A stretch of 64,000 nucleotides of DNA from Candidatus Thalassarchaeum betae (GTDB lineage Archaea > Thermoplasmatota > Poseidoniia > Poseidoniales > Thalassarchaeaceae), in the NCBI GenBank assembly GCA_003193925.1, contig PSPG01000003.1, positions 40,797 through 104,796 on the forward strand, written 5' to 3'. The notes under the pieces were generated by a model that was not told where the DNA came from, did no database searches, and worked only from the letters and a program-made list of their open reading frames with translations. Position numbers and translations under genes: made by a program. Positions 44,495-55,800 of this stretch are shown piece by piece. Every line of letters starts with the position of its first letter. Position 1 is the stretch's first letter.

Positions 44495-46495
44495 ATGGCC
44501 CGGGACACCAGTGCCTCTGCTCTCGCCCTTCTGCTGGTACTCTCGATGGTGGCATCGACGATGCCGCTCGGGTCCGGACCTGAGCATCTGGACGAGGGAG
44601 GCCTGCGTATGGAGCAAATCGGAGGAGGAGGTTCGCTCGAGGAGCAATGTGGCTCAATAACCTTCGAGGACATGTTCGCCTACACCAAAGCAGACTTCGT
44701 GATTCACATCAATGACGACTGGCAGAGCGCGGAGGTACAGGCGGTCGCCTGGGTGAACTGGACGCTCGCCGATGACCTCAGAGAGACGATGGACGAGTTC
44801 ATGGCTGAACTCGACCCCAACAACGGCGGTGACGGCTGGCTCTCCACCGACGAGCGGGAGTTCTTTCGGGCGCTCGCGAGCGAGTGCATCGAGCACACGC
44901 TGACCAGAATAGGGTTCAGGGATGGCTCGTACCACAGAGGTGGCGAGGGAGTCAGTTGGAAGAACACCAGCTGGGAGGAGGACGGAGTCGAGATTGAGGA
45001 GTTCAATCTGGTTCCCCTAAGGCACTCACAGATCCGCGACTGCACCTCCGCCTTTGGCAACGACTGCGAGGAGGTGCCTGTCGCACCCGATGAGAACCGC
45101 GACTGCGACACCGACATCCCGCCCTCGGATGGCGTCGACGAATGCAGGGCCATACTGTGGATGAACTCCACGTTGACTATCCCCGGAGTCTCTGACGGCA
45201 ACCAGTTCACTCTTGCAATCAACGCTTCCAACATGAGCAACGCCGCTCTGGAGTTCACCTTCCCAATCACTCCAGACCTCCGCCTAGACATGTGGGAGGA
45301 GTGCGAGGGGCGCGACGTGAGTTACGAGGAGGAAGCGGTGATCCCAGCCCCCATCCGTGGGACCTGTCTGGGTGATGGTTCCTCCACGTACACGCTCGTG
45401 GAGAACGACAACGGTGGTCTGACGATGACCATCCTGCCTGATGCAGATACTCTTGATTGGCCCTCGGGAGAGGACCTGTTCGCAGACTTCACCACCGCCC
45501 CCATACCCGTCGACAATCCGCCTGAGTGGACTGACGCTGCGCCTCCTGAGGGCGCCTGGTTCCCCTCTCCCAGCGGCGGGCAGCACGTCTGGGCGACCTG
45601 GCATGATGTCTCCACGTGGTTCACCGATGAGGGCAGCGTCACCCAGTTGGACATTCAGTGCACCGGCGCGTCCTCGCTCCAACTCAGCGAGGGCGCGGAC
45701 CGCTCATGGTGGGCAGAGATCCCGCGTGGAAGCACCGGAGAGGTGACCTGCCAAGCCGAGGACTCTGCCGGACAGAGCACTGGAAACAGAACCTGGAACC
45801 TCGGTGTCCCGTTCTCACTCTCGACATCCAGCCAGACGCTAGTCGACCCTCATCCGATTACCCTCAGCCCGACATCCGACTGGCCCGATCTAACCGTCGA
45901 GGTCGGACTGGTGCAGGATGGCCAGTCCTTGCCGACCTCCTCAGTCACTTTCACCGGGGAGGTCACATTGGACCTCGTGTCTTTTAACACGGTACCAGGG
46001 CCGGTGCAAGTCTGGGTCAGCGTCCAAGGTACCGACGTCTACTCGATGGAGCATGTGTATGAGCTCGGTCTGACTAAGGAGAGTTCTCCCCCGTTGCTCA
46101 CGATCACATCGACGGAATGGGACGGGTCAGAGTGGTCGATGCAGGGGCAGTATAGCGACCCTGACGGCGAAGCCGTCACCTTCACGATGGCAATAGACGG
46201 CTCCGCTACAGGCTCGGTTAGCTCGAGCGGCAACACTTGGTCGACCCCTAGAATAAACTTCGAGCTCTGGGATGAGGGAGAGCACGTGGTCACCATCGAG
46301 GGCTGTGATGCTTCGAGCAAATGCTCCAGTGTTTCGCAGACTGTGAACAACTCTCACCTCTTCGATGAGCCAGAACCAAACCCTCTCCCTACCACTGTTG
46401 ATGATGGAGGCAGTGGCTTGCTACCTGCTGCTGGCCTACCTGCACTCATCATTGCTGTAGTCGGTGCCCTCATGTATGGTAGGCGGCGCGGCTGA
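44495..46495 (+). CDS. Secreted acidic Cys-containing surface protein with Ig-like C-terminal domains and PGF-CTERM-like tail
   Basis: Signal peptide MARDTSASALALLLVLS; YSDPDGEAVTF Ig/cadherin-like motif; C-terminal LPAAG + TM + RRRG. Confidence 0.75.
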   Translation: MARDTSASALALLLVLSMVASTMPLGSGPEHLDEGGLRMEQIGGGGSLEEQCGSITFEDMFAYTKADFVIHINDDWQSAEVQAVAWVNWTLADDLRETMDEFMAELDPNNGGDGWLSTDEREFFRALASECIEHTLTRIGFRDGSYHRGGEGVSWKNTSWEEDGVEIEEFNLVPLRHSQIRDCTSAFGNDCEEVPVAPDENRDCDTDIPPSDGVDECRAILWMNSTLTIPGVSDGNQFTLAINASNMSNAALEFTFPITPDLRLDMWEECEGRDVSYEEEAVIPAPIRGTCLGDGSSTYTLVENDNGGLTMTILPDADTLDWPSGEDLFADFTTAPIPVDNPPEWTDAAPPEGAWFPSPSGGQHVWATWHDVSTWFTDEGSVTQLDIQCTGASSLQLSEGADRSWWAEIPRGSTGEVTCQAEDSAGQSTGNRTWNLGVPFSLSTSSQTLVDPHPITLSPTSDWPDLTVEVGLVQDGQSLPTSSVTFTGEVTLDLVSFNTVPGPVQVWVSVQGTDVYSMEHVYELGLTKESSPPLLTITSTEWDGSEWSMQGQYSDPDGEAVTFTMAIDGSATGSVSSSGNTWSTPRINFELWDEGEHVVTIEGCDASSKCSSVSQTVNNSHLFDEPEPNPLPTTVDDGGSGLLPAAGLPALIIAVVGALMYGRRRG

Positions 46496-46498
46496 GCC

Positions 46499-47389
46499 AT
46501 GAGTTTCTCCGGGACCGTGTCAAAGGCTTCGCATGAAGGAGGTCTTCTCATTGCCTTCGAGGGACGAGCCCCCAGACTCGGCGCCGCCATTCGGGTGGTC
46601 GGCGGCAAGACGCTGGGGCAGGTCGAAACGGTGATTGGCTCCGCCGGCGACCCGCTGATTCACATTCACCCTCTGTCAGAGGACGTGGATGCAAGGAGCG
46701 CCATCGGCTCGCCGGTCGAAATCGCCCCCCGTGGGAGAGCGAACCGAGGCCACCGGGACAAGCGACCCGGACCGGACCGCTTCAGGAGGGAGCGAGGGGG
46801 CAAGTCCGATGGCGACAGGGACTCGCACATGAGGCCGGGCGACTGGCGCTGCCCGAAATGCAAAAACCACAATTACGCAAACAAGAAGGTCTGCAATCGA
46901 ACTGGTTGTGAAGAGCCGAAACCGAGAGGCGGTGGCGGAAGAGACAGGGATTCTCGTAGCTATCGATCTAGTAACTCGGGTGGTTTCAGAGACTCAAATA
47001 TGAAGCCGGGCGACTGGCGCTGCCCGAAATGCAAAAACCGCAATTTCGCAAACAAGAAGGTCTGCAATCGAACTGGTTGTGAAGAGCCGAAACCGAGAGG
47101 CGGTGGCGGAAGAGGCGGGGATTCTCGTGGCCATCGATCTAGTAACTCGAGTGGTTTCAGAGACTCAAATATGAAGCCAGGGGACTGGAATTGCCCGAAG
47201 TGCAACAACCACAATTACGCGAGACGGGACGTTTGCAACCGCTGCGACACGAGAAAACCTGTGCCTGGGAGAGGATCCAAGACGACACCTCGGAGAGCGC
47301 GCAGACCCCACACTCGTATGAATTGGAAAGGGAAGGGGCCTTCCAAAGGTAGGAGGAACACACCTGCCAGAGGCGGAAGAGGTCGCTGA
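46499..47389 (+). CDS. Gar1-like H/ACA RNP subunit fused to three RanBP2-type zinc fingers and RGG-rich linkers
   Basis: N-terminal ~78 aa fit the archaeal Gar1 pattern (G.V....G.LI......P.LG..I....K.LG.V..V.G....P.I.I.P); three GDWxCxxCxNxN(Y/F)AxxxxCNR(xx)C fingers. Confidence 0.8.
   Translation: MSFSGTVSKASHEGGLLIAFEGRAPRLGAAIRVVGGKTLGQVETVIGSAGDPLIHIHPLSEDVDARSAIGSPVEIAPRGRANRGHRDKRPGPDRFRRERGGKSDGDRDSHMRPGDWRCPKCKNHNYANKKVCNRTGCEEPKPRGGGGRDRDSRSYRSSNSGGFRDSNMKPGDWRCPKCKNRNFANKKVCNRTGCEEPKPRGGGGRGGDSRGHRSSNSSGFRDSNMKPGDWNCPKCNNHNYARRDVCNRCDTRKPVPGRGSKTTPRRARRPHTRMNWKGKGPSKGRRNTPARGGRGR
46829..47170 (+). repeat. Near-identical 171-bp tandem repeat (2 copies), followed by a diverged third finger from 47171
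   Basis: Units start at ATG 46829, 47000 and 47171; the first two differ at only a handful of bases. Confidence 0.95.
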
Positions 47390-47442
47390 TTCGGAATTTC
47401 AGGTACCCCAGCCTTCATGCATTATCAGCGCCAGCGGGTGCT

Positions 47443-48513
47443 ATGGCCAAAAGCGCCGAGTTGACTTGGCTCGATGCGTTGGAGGCCGAGGAGTCGGGCG
47501 ACAGGGAAGCCGCCCTCGAAGCCGCCAAGGAGACGGTGAGAATCGACCCGGGACACTCCGACGGGTGGATGGGGGTGGCCCGCTGGACCCTCCCTCTCGA
47601 GGTCAAGGGCCGGCAGGAGATGCCGAACCTGCAGCAGTCTGCCAAGGCCATGGCCGCCCTTCGTAAGGTCGTGGAGATCGACCCTGAGAATTCCGATGCT
47701 TGGAGGCTTGGAGGGGTGCTGTTGGTCGACCACCTTGGGATGCTTGAAGATGGCATCAGGTGGTGGGAGGCGCGGCGCGTGGTCGCGCCGTACGAGGTAG
47801 TACCCCTCATCGAGCAGATTGGGATACTCGTCAGGCTCGGTTACTACGAGGAGTGCGCCTTTCTCCTCGAGGAGCTGTTCAGCGAGGGTATGGATGCGAC
47901 CGACCGCAAGCAACTGGCCCAGATGGAGGCAGCCAGGCGCATGGTCTCCAGAGCTGCGAAGATGGAGAAGGACGAGATATTCAAGCCCCAGAACCCCAAG
48001 CACCCCCGTTGGGCCATTATCGGGAGGATGAAGAAAAAGAAGCCCATGTCTGACACCTTCTTCCTGTTCACCTTCATCGCTCCGTTGGTATTCATCCTCG
48101 GTACTCTAGCCATGTACGCAATAGGCGACTCGACCTCGGGCAGCATACTCGTCTTCCTGTTCATACTGCTCTCGTTCATGGCGATCTCACGCCTCACATC
48201 GGGTTTTCTGCACAAGCTGAATCGGCATGCTCTCGACCTTGACCGGGCGATAGACGTTGAGACCAGCGCCGGCAAGGTCTGCATTCCCACCTCGATAAGG
48301 GCGAGCAAGCTGTACCTGGCGATGACGAAGAAGCGGATGCCAGGACTCAATGAGAGGCTCGAACTGATCGTCGAGTCGGGGGACAAGCTGTCAATCAGGT
48401 GGAAGCCAGAGATGCCGGACTTTGCCCCCGAGGAAGGCCACGAGAATCCCTGGTGGGCCGAAGGGGATGAGTCGGGGGCAGAGCAGGGGGACCTAGAGCC
48501 GCTCGAGGACTAG
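47443..48513 (+). CDS. TPR-repeat protein with two C-terminal TM helices
   Basis: TVRIDPGHSDGW and VVEIDPENSDAWRLGG TPR-like repeats; hydrophobic hairpin around aa 205-250. Confidence 0.75.
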   Translation: MAKSAELTWLDALEAEESGDREAALEAAKETVRIDPGHSDGWMGVARWTLPLEVKGRQEMPNLQQSAKAMAALRKVVEIDPENSDAWRLGGVLLVDHLGMLEDGIRWWEARRVVAPYEVVPLIEQIGILVRLGYYEECAFLLEELFSEGMDATDRKQLAQMEAARRMVSRAAKMEKDEIFKPQNPKHPRWAIIGRMKKKKPMSDTFFLFTFIAPLVFILGTLAMYAIGDSTSGSILVFLFILLSFMAISRLTSGFLHKLNRHALDLDRAIDVETSAGKVCIPTSIRASKLYLAMTKKRMPGLNERLELIVESGDKLSIRWKPEMPDFAPEEGHENPWWAEGDESGAEQGDLEPLED

Positions 48514-49790
48514 GTCCCAAAACTGAAGTCACTGCCGTACGCTATCTGTTCGGGGGTGAGCTCATCGATGGTGACGCCTGTGGTCTCCAGCTTCAGAGCA
48601 GCCAGTTCACTGTCCTGCTCCACGCTGATGTCGTAGACCCTGTTCTCGTAGTTCCCGCCTTCCGAGGCGAGGCGGCAGAGAGCGAGGAACTGGTTCGCGA
48701 ATGACATGTCCATGACCTCGCTGGGGTGGCCCTCGGCTGCTGCGAGGTTCACCAGACGCCCGCGCGCGAGCAGGTAGATGGTGCGGCCGTCGGGCATCAG
48801 GAAGGCCTCGTTGTTCTCCCTCACAGCGTGGAACCCGTCGGCCTTCGACTCGATGTCGGGGATGTTTATCTCACAGTCGTAGTGGCCCGTGTTGCAGACG
48901 ATGGCTCCGTCCTTCATCAAGTCGAAGTGGCGGCCCACGATGACATCCTTCATCCCAGTGGCGGTGCAGAAGATGTCGCCGATGACTGCCGCCTCGTCCA
49001 TCCTCATGACCCTGAATCCATCCATCAGCGCCCGCAGTGCGGGCAGTGGGTCCACCTCGGTCACGATGACGTTCGCTCCCATTCCGCGGGCCCGAACTGC
49101 GAGACCCATGCCGCAGTGGCCGTAGCCCGCGATGACGAAGTTCTTGCCCGCCAGCAGCACGCTGGTCGCCCTGATTATACCGTCGAGAGTGGACTGGCCA
49201 GTGCCGTGCACGTTGTCAAAGTCCCACTTGGTGGCCGCGTCGTTCACCGCTATGACCGGGTAGAGCAGCTCGCCTGCGACGGCCATAGCGCGCAGCCTGT
49301 GCACCCCGGTCGTGGTCTCCTCGGTGCCGCCGATGATTCTCTCGGCGAGCTCGGGGAAGCGGCTGTGGACCCTGTAAATCAGATCCGCACCGTCATCCAG
49401 AGTGAGCGTGGGGCGGAGTTCGAGGGTTCGGTCGATGCACTGGTAGAACTCCTCTGTGTCCTGTCCGTGCCATGCGTGGACTCCATATCCCTCTCGCGCC
49501 AGCCACGCCGCCACGTCGTCCTGCGTGGACAGGGGGTTGCACCCTGACCACGAAATCTCGGCACCGGCTGCAGCCAGTGTCTCGACGAGGACAGCCGTCT
49601 CCTTGGTCACGTGCAGGCAACCGGCCACGCGCTGGCCGGCTAGCGGCTTCTCAGCCTCCGCATTCGCGCGCAGTTCCGCCAGTGCAGGCATCCTGCTGCG
49701 CGCCCAAGCCACGCGCCTCCCACCGGACTCGGCCAAGGAGATATCGGCTACGGTGTGTGGTCCGGAGGTGTCCACAATCTGTGCTGACAT
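48510..49790 (-). CDS. ahcY: Adenosylhomocysteinase
   Basis: CLHVTKET, CNPLSTQDD, LDDGAD, EETTTGV, KWDFDNVHGTGQS and GRLVNLAAAEGHPSEVMDMSF. Start placed at MSAQI. Confidence 0.96.
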   Translation of the reverse strand: MSAQIVDTSGPHTVADISLAESGGRRVAWARSRMPALAELRANAEAEKPLAGQRVAGCLHVTKETAVLVETLAAAGAEISWSGCNPLSTQDDVAAWLAREGYGVHAWHGQDTEEFYQCIDRTLELRPTLTLDDGADLIYRVHSRFPELAERIIGGTEETTTGVHRLRAMAVAGELLYPVIAVNDAATKWDFDNVHGTGQSTLDGIIRATSVLLAGKNFVIAGYGHCGMGLAVRARGMGANVIVTEVDPLPALRALMDGFRVMRMDEAAVIGDIFCTATGMKDVIVGRHFDLMKDGAIVCNTGHYDCEINIPDIESKADGFHAVRENNEAFLMPDGRTIYLLARGRLVNLAAAEGHPSEVMDMSFANQFLALCRLASEGGNYENRVYDISVEQDSELAALKLETTGVTIDELTPEQIAYGSDFSFGT

Positions 49791-49838
49791 CACCCGGTCT
49801 TCAAGGTGCGTCATAGGGAAGCCGCCCGGCGGCCCGCG

Positions 49839-52800
49839 TCAACCGCCGTCTCTGCGTTGCTGTTCGTAGTACTGGGCGTAGTACTGCTGAGCGTACTGTC
49901 TGGCCGTCTGCTCGTCGTAACCGGAGGCGACCATCTGCTGGACGTAGGCCTCGACCGGGTCCATCTCTTCGACGCCACCGAACTGCTCGACTGTGTCCTC
50001 GCCCGAGTCCTCTTTGCCTCGGCCGCGCATTACCACGGTTACAACGACAACCAGCAGGAGGATGACCACACCTATTCCTCCTATCAAGAGCATGCTCATG
50101 CCCTCGCCCTGGTCCTTCGATAGCACAGGAAGGTCTGGCAGGAGGTTGATGGCCAGCGTGTCTGAGATGACGTACCGGCTGCCGTCACCCTCGGTGATGC
50201 GCACGTAGATGGTGGCAGCGACGCCGGTTTCCTGGTACAGGTCGGAGATGTCCAGAGTCAGGGTGAACTGCTGCCCGTCAGCGAGGAGTCCTGTCTTGTT
50301 GTACTTGCCAATCGACTTCTGGGTGATCTTCTGGGTCGTCGTGTAGTCGAGGACGGCCTCGGTGAGGGCGACTTCGATGACGACATCGCTGTTCTCAGCG
50401 CCCGAGACGAGGCTTCCCGTGATCGTCACGAGGTCCTCGCTCTGGGAGTCTTGGGGCCTTGGCTTGGTGAAGTCCACGACAGGCTCGTCGTCGCCGAAGT
50501 CCTCTCCGACGACAACGAAGTACATCCTGGCCTTCTGGCTCTGCTTGCCGGCCTTGTCGTAGACAATCAGCTCGACGCGGATCTGGTTCTCGAGATTGCC
50601 GTCAGGGCTGCTGGTCAGGTTCCTGAACACATACGTCCAGTCGTCGCCGGCTGCTGCGGGAATCTGGAACTCGTGACCCTGCAGAGTCGGGTTCTGGCTG
50701 TCCCAGGGGTAGTCGAAGAAGACCTTCCACTCGTATAGCACAACGCCCTTCTCACCCTCAGGGGCATCGGGGTCGTAGCTGTCCTGCGCAGTGAAAGAGA
50801 TGCTCAGGTCGCCCGTGTCTGACAGTCTGGTCCTGTAGACTGGCCAATCGACTCCGGCTACGGTCTTGGTGCCGTCCAGAGTGACGTACTCGTCGGTGAC
50901 CTCGTTCTCGATCATGGAGGCGCTGGCGATGGGCCTGAATTCGTCGGCGAGGGTGTCATCGGTCACTAGGCGGATGTAGGTGATCCTAGTGTGGCCCTCC
51001 CCATCGTGCAGGTACAGGGTCAGCATCCACTCGGCGCCAATCCTGCAGCCTGTGTCCGAGGTGGTGTCTCCGACGCAGAACGAGCCCAGAGTCGGTATGG
51101 ATGGGTTGAGCTGCTGGGTGTGGCTAAACTCCCCAGCGTCGATAATCGAGCCGTCCCAACCAGTGACCGAGTCGTTGTTACCGGACTCAAGGGTCCAGTC
51201 TGCGACGACGCCCTCGGCGGTGGTGACATAGCTGAAGTCGAGGTCGGAATTGCTCTTGATGTACATCGTAGCGTAGGCCCCGGTCACCGTGTCAATCGAA
51301 GGCGCCTCACCGTTGATGGACAGATCGAAGCTCTCGCCCGCTATACCGAAGTCGAGCGGGTACGGAGTCAAGTGGTAGGCGAGCATGTTCGACAGCAGGG
51401 GCATCGACGAGCCGCCGTACTCCTCCGAGACACTCGGGTTCTCCACGTCGATCGTGGTGACGATCAACCCGCCGGCACCGCGATTGCACACGGACAGCAG
51501 GGACTGGGTCTCGTAGTTAGTGTCACGGATCAGCGTGTGGAATGTGCCAACGGGGTCGCTGATGCGACCGCCGCAAACCTGCGGTATCTGGGTCCCCTGG
51601 ACCTGTGCAGTGTCGAGGCCAGCAAGAGCGACGTAGGAGCCGCCGTGGACCCCGCTGAAAGCCACCGGGTCGACGTTGCTCAGAATCGGGTGGAACTGGT
51701 CGATGATGGTCAGGTTGCTGTAGTGGATCCTGTTGTCGACGGTGAAGTTAGCCTGGTTCCTCATGGCGATGTCCATGCCGAAGGGCAGCCTGTTGGGCTG
51801 GTACTCGTTCCTGTACGGCCCGAGGTGAATCTGCACCGTGCCGCCGCCGGTCATGTAATCCTCTAGGGTCTCAGTGACGGTGAGGCCATCGCTCTCGCGA
51901 GTCTCGTCGAGCTTCTCGTAGTAGTCACCGTAGTAGACGTTGTAGTCGGTCTGCCATGGCAGCAGTACCTTGTCGTAGTGCTCGACCCAATCGGGCGTGG
52001 CGTAGGTGTCCCAGTTCTCCATTTGCAGCTGGGTGTAGGTCTTGCCCATCGCCTCGAGGTCCCTCTTCACACTCTGCAGGCGGTTCTGATCAGTCGGGTT
52101 GGACAGGACAGCCACGTCGATCTGTTCGAAGAACTGGATCTCGAAGTAGCGGTCGTTGCCCGAGCGCTCGTTGTCCTCGGTCAGCGTCCCGTAGAAGCTG
52201 ATGTTGTAGGTGTGGCCGTCGTACCACGAGTTGTATGGATTGGTCCAGTTGGCCTGGTCCCTCGCGTGAGGCTCGAGGTCGAACGGCCCGTTGTCGCAGT
52301 CCTCCTCGTAGACTGTCTGGCCTGTGTCAAGGTCGACTATCTTCATCGTGATCTGGTACTCGCCTGCGATGACGCCGTTAAGCAGTGGCACAGCGAAGCT
52401 GTGGGCCGAGGCGTCATCGATCGGGTAGACGCACTCGTAGGTGATGTCGGCGACGCACTCGAGCACGTCGGGCTGCATCAGGGTGATGTCCGCGCTCGCG
52501 ATGCTGAAGATGATGGAGGAGTGGTTGTTCGCGATGTTGACCTCGGACTCGTTGTACCATGAGGTAAGCGGGTCCGTGTTGTCGAAGATGGTGGTCACGT
52601 CGATCTTGTAGATGCCGCTCTGGAAGTCGTGCGTGGCGAGGTTGACCTGCTGGCGCTGTGCGGCGTCGAGGCCGGTGACGTCGACTGTGTAGGTGCCATC
52701 GTCCTCGAAGGTGAACTCCTCGACGCGGATGTTGTCGATGCCGAAACCGGCCAGGCCGGCGTTGCCGTTGACGCCGTCGTCGTTGGACTGGAATCTCCAA

Positions 52801-55800
52801 GTCAGAGACACCTCGGAGCCAGCGAGGGTCGTGCACTCGTCCCTCCACTCGGAGGTGTCCTCGTTAGTGCGGTTGAGTATGACGATGTGAGTCAGGTCGA
52901 CGGTCACCGACTTGAGGATGTTCTCGGAGTCGAACCAGACCACTGAGTTGATTCTGTCAGAGTGGTCGCCGAAGTACTCGACCTCGTCGTACCCGTTCAG
53001 GTCGAAGTCCTCACAGCGATGGAAGTTCGGGTCGTCCGGGTTGGTGTTCTGAATGCCGTTCTCGTTGAGGTCGGTCCAAGTTCCGTACACCACGCCCTCG
53101 AACACCTCACCCTGCTTGGTCCAGGTAATCTCGAGGTTTGCTGCGTCCCGGATGGCCAGTATGTTGCCGTTGCTGTCCTTGAGATAGTCCCCTTCAGCGT
53201 AGTAGTCGTAGGTCAGGTAGGTGAAGTCGGCTCCTGTCGATGCGACCGGGATTGGATCCAGTGTCAGCGTCTCGTTCCAATTGTCGCCGTAGCCGTCACT
53301 CGGGTGGCCCAGCCAGTAGGCGTGGCTGTTGAACACGCCGCGGTTCTGTGGCAGCATGTCGTTCGAGCCGGTGGAGTCGTCCAGCCTGCTGCCGTTCTCG
53401 TTGCCGTCGTCGGTCCACATCGGCTCGATGCCCGAGAAGTCCTCGATAGCGACGAGATCGGGTTCGGCGTTCTGGATGAAGGCCTCGACCTGGAAGTCTG
53501 TCACCGTGTTGCCGCAGTTCTGCACGCGCACCTCCACGTCCCTCTCGCCCGAGGCGTACCTGACGCCGTTCTCGAGGTCAACCCAGTGCTCCTCTGCGAG
53601 GCACGGGTCGAACAGGTTGTTCACTGTCAGCTGGAATCTGATATCGTCGTTGAGGCCGTCCATGTCGATGAATCCGGACGGGTTGGTCAGCTCGGTCTTG
53701 ACGTAGTAGGTCCTGTTGTCTATGAAGTCCGCAGTCAGGCTTACCTCCTCGGAGGCGCCGGCCGCGAAGTCGTTGAAGATGAGTTGCTGCGAGACTGTCT
53801 CGGTCGACCCGAAGGTGACGTCCCTCTTCCTGATGGTTATGTTGTCGAAGGCGAAGCCGTCCAGACCGGTGTCCTGAGATGACCCAACGGGTCCAACGGA
53901 GCCCATCAGGCCGCTGCGGAAGCGGAAGCGGATGTCGATGACCTGCCCTGCGTAGCGCGTGAGGTCGATTGACTCCAACTCATTGGGGTCTTCCGAAGTG
54001 CCTCCGCCCTCAGTGTAGTTGATCCATCCTGTAGCAGTGTTGGCGAAGTTGTTGCCATTGTAGGTGTTGTACTCCGGGTCGACACCCTGCCAGTAAATGC
54101 GGAAGAAGCGCTCGTTGTCCCAGCCGCCGTTGAAGAAGACGGACTCCCAACCGTTGCCCTCGGACCAGACCTCGATGCCGCAAGAGTCCTCGTACAGCCA
54201 GCGCTCCACCACCGAGTACTGCTCGGCGAGATAGAGTTCGAAGTAGGCGGTGGTGCACATGACCGAGAGGTCCATGTACGCCGCATCGGCCCCGGTCAGG
54301 TCGACGTTTTCGAGAATCAGTGCCTCGTCCATATTGTTGTAGTATCCAGAATCGCTCTCGTTGTCTCCGTTGTAGTCGATGCCGGCCCAGTAGTAGTCGG
54401 TGGGGTTGCTGTCGGCCTCGTACCAAGAGACATTCTCGGTAGCCGCAGTCGAGTTGCTCTCGATGTGCCACGAGGATGCCCCGGTTTCGTACATTCCGGT
54501 GTAGGAGTTCTTGACGAAGGCGCAGTTGGCGCAGTTAGTCGTGTCCTCGTTGCCCTCGAAGTCGTTGGAGTAGACCACGGTGTCGGTTCCGCCGACGACC
54601 TCCTTGACCTCGAGATCGACGTTGATGGAGCCTGTCAGCGGGTTAAGTCCCGTGTTCTTCACGGTCACGTTGACCCATCTCGTTCCCTCGCCGATCTCGG
54701 CCTGTCCAGTGGCGGGATTGTAGGACGCAGGCGCGATGGTGACCTCGGTGATGCCGACATCCTCGTTGTCGAGCGTGAGTACTGAGAGGAAGTCTCCAGC
54801 GCCGGCCCACCCTTGGGTGTCCAGCCACATCGCGTTGTCGGCGAATCTGTAGCCGTAGTCGCGCTGTCCGATGACGATCTCGTAGGCGCTCTCGTCACCG
54901 CCTTGCAATTGGGCGGGGATTGCCATGGTAGGCCGGCGGCCTACGTTGAACGAGAGTGACGAGAGGTAACCGGGCCCGCTGGGGTCGGCGAGGATGATCT
55001 CTACCGAGTTGATCTCGCGCAGGTTGTCGAGCAGCAGGTAGGTCTGGTTCTGTGCGGTCGAGTCCTGCAGACGGGTCAGGGTGACCTCGGTCGGCACGAA
55101 GAAGTCGACCTCGCCGTCTCGGTTGATGTCGACGATGGTAAGCGAGGCGCCGAGGTAGTCGCCGAGATAGACGTAGTTCTGGGTGCTCCAGCTGCTGCCG
55201 CTCTTGGTGGCGTAGGAGATGTTGCCTGTGATGCCGTCGATAGCGGCGATGAGGTCGATCTCACCGTCATCGTCGGTATCGGCGATGTCGATGCCGTAGA
55301 GCGGATAGTTGTGATCGGCATCGAGCTTGAACTCGTGGACCCCCTGTGCGGTCGCGTCCATGGGATTGGGATACTGATTGGTCAGACAGTCATACTCGAG
55401 CACGGTCATGTTGTCGAAGTGACCGACCGAGTAGCCCACACCAATGTTGTACGGGGGGGTCCGGAGAAGCCAGATGTCGAGATCCTCGCAGTCTCCGATG
55501 CCACCGGGTATGCCACCTCCTTGGACGGTCTCGCCCCAGTGGCCGAGCATCACTTCAACGTACAAGCCATTGGTCAGAGGCACCGGGATGGACTGTTGGT
55601 TGGTCAGCAGAGATGGGTCGGGCCCACGGTAAATCTGGATGTACTGGTTGGCCGCCGTCGCGTCTTGGGTCACGAGCACGATGTCGGCGGCGCCGTCATC
55701 GTCGATGTCCGCGACGTCCATACCAAGGTGATACGGGTTTGAGACCGTGATTTCAGTGAGGTCCCACTCGTTGACCCTCTCATTGCAATCGCCCCACATC

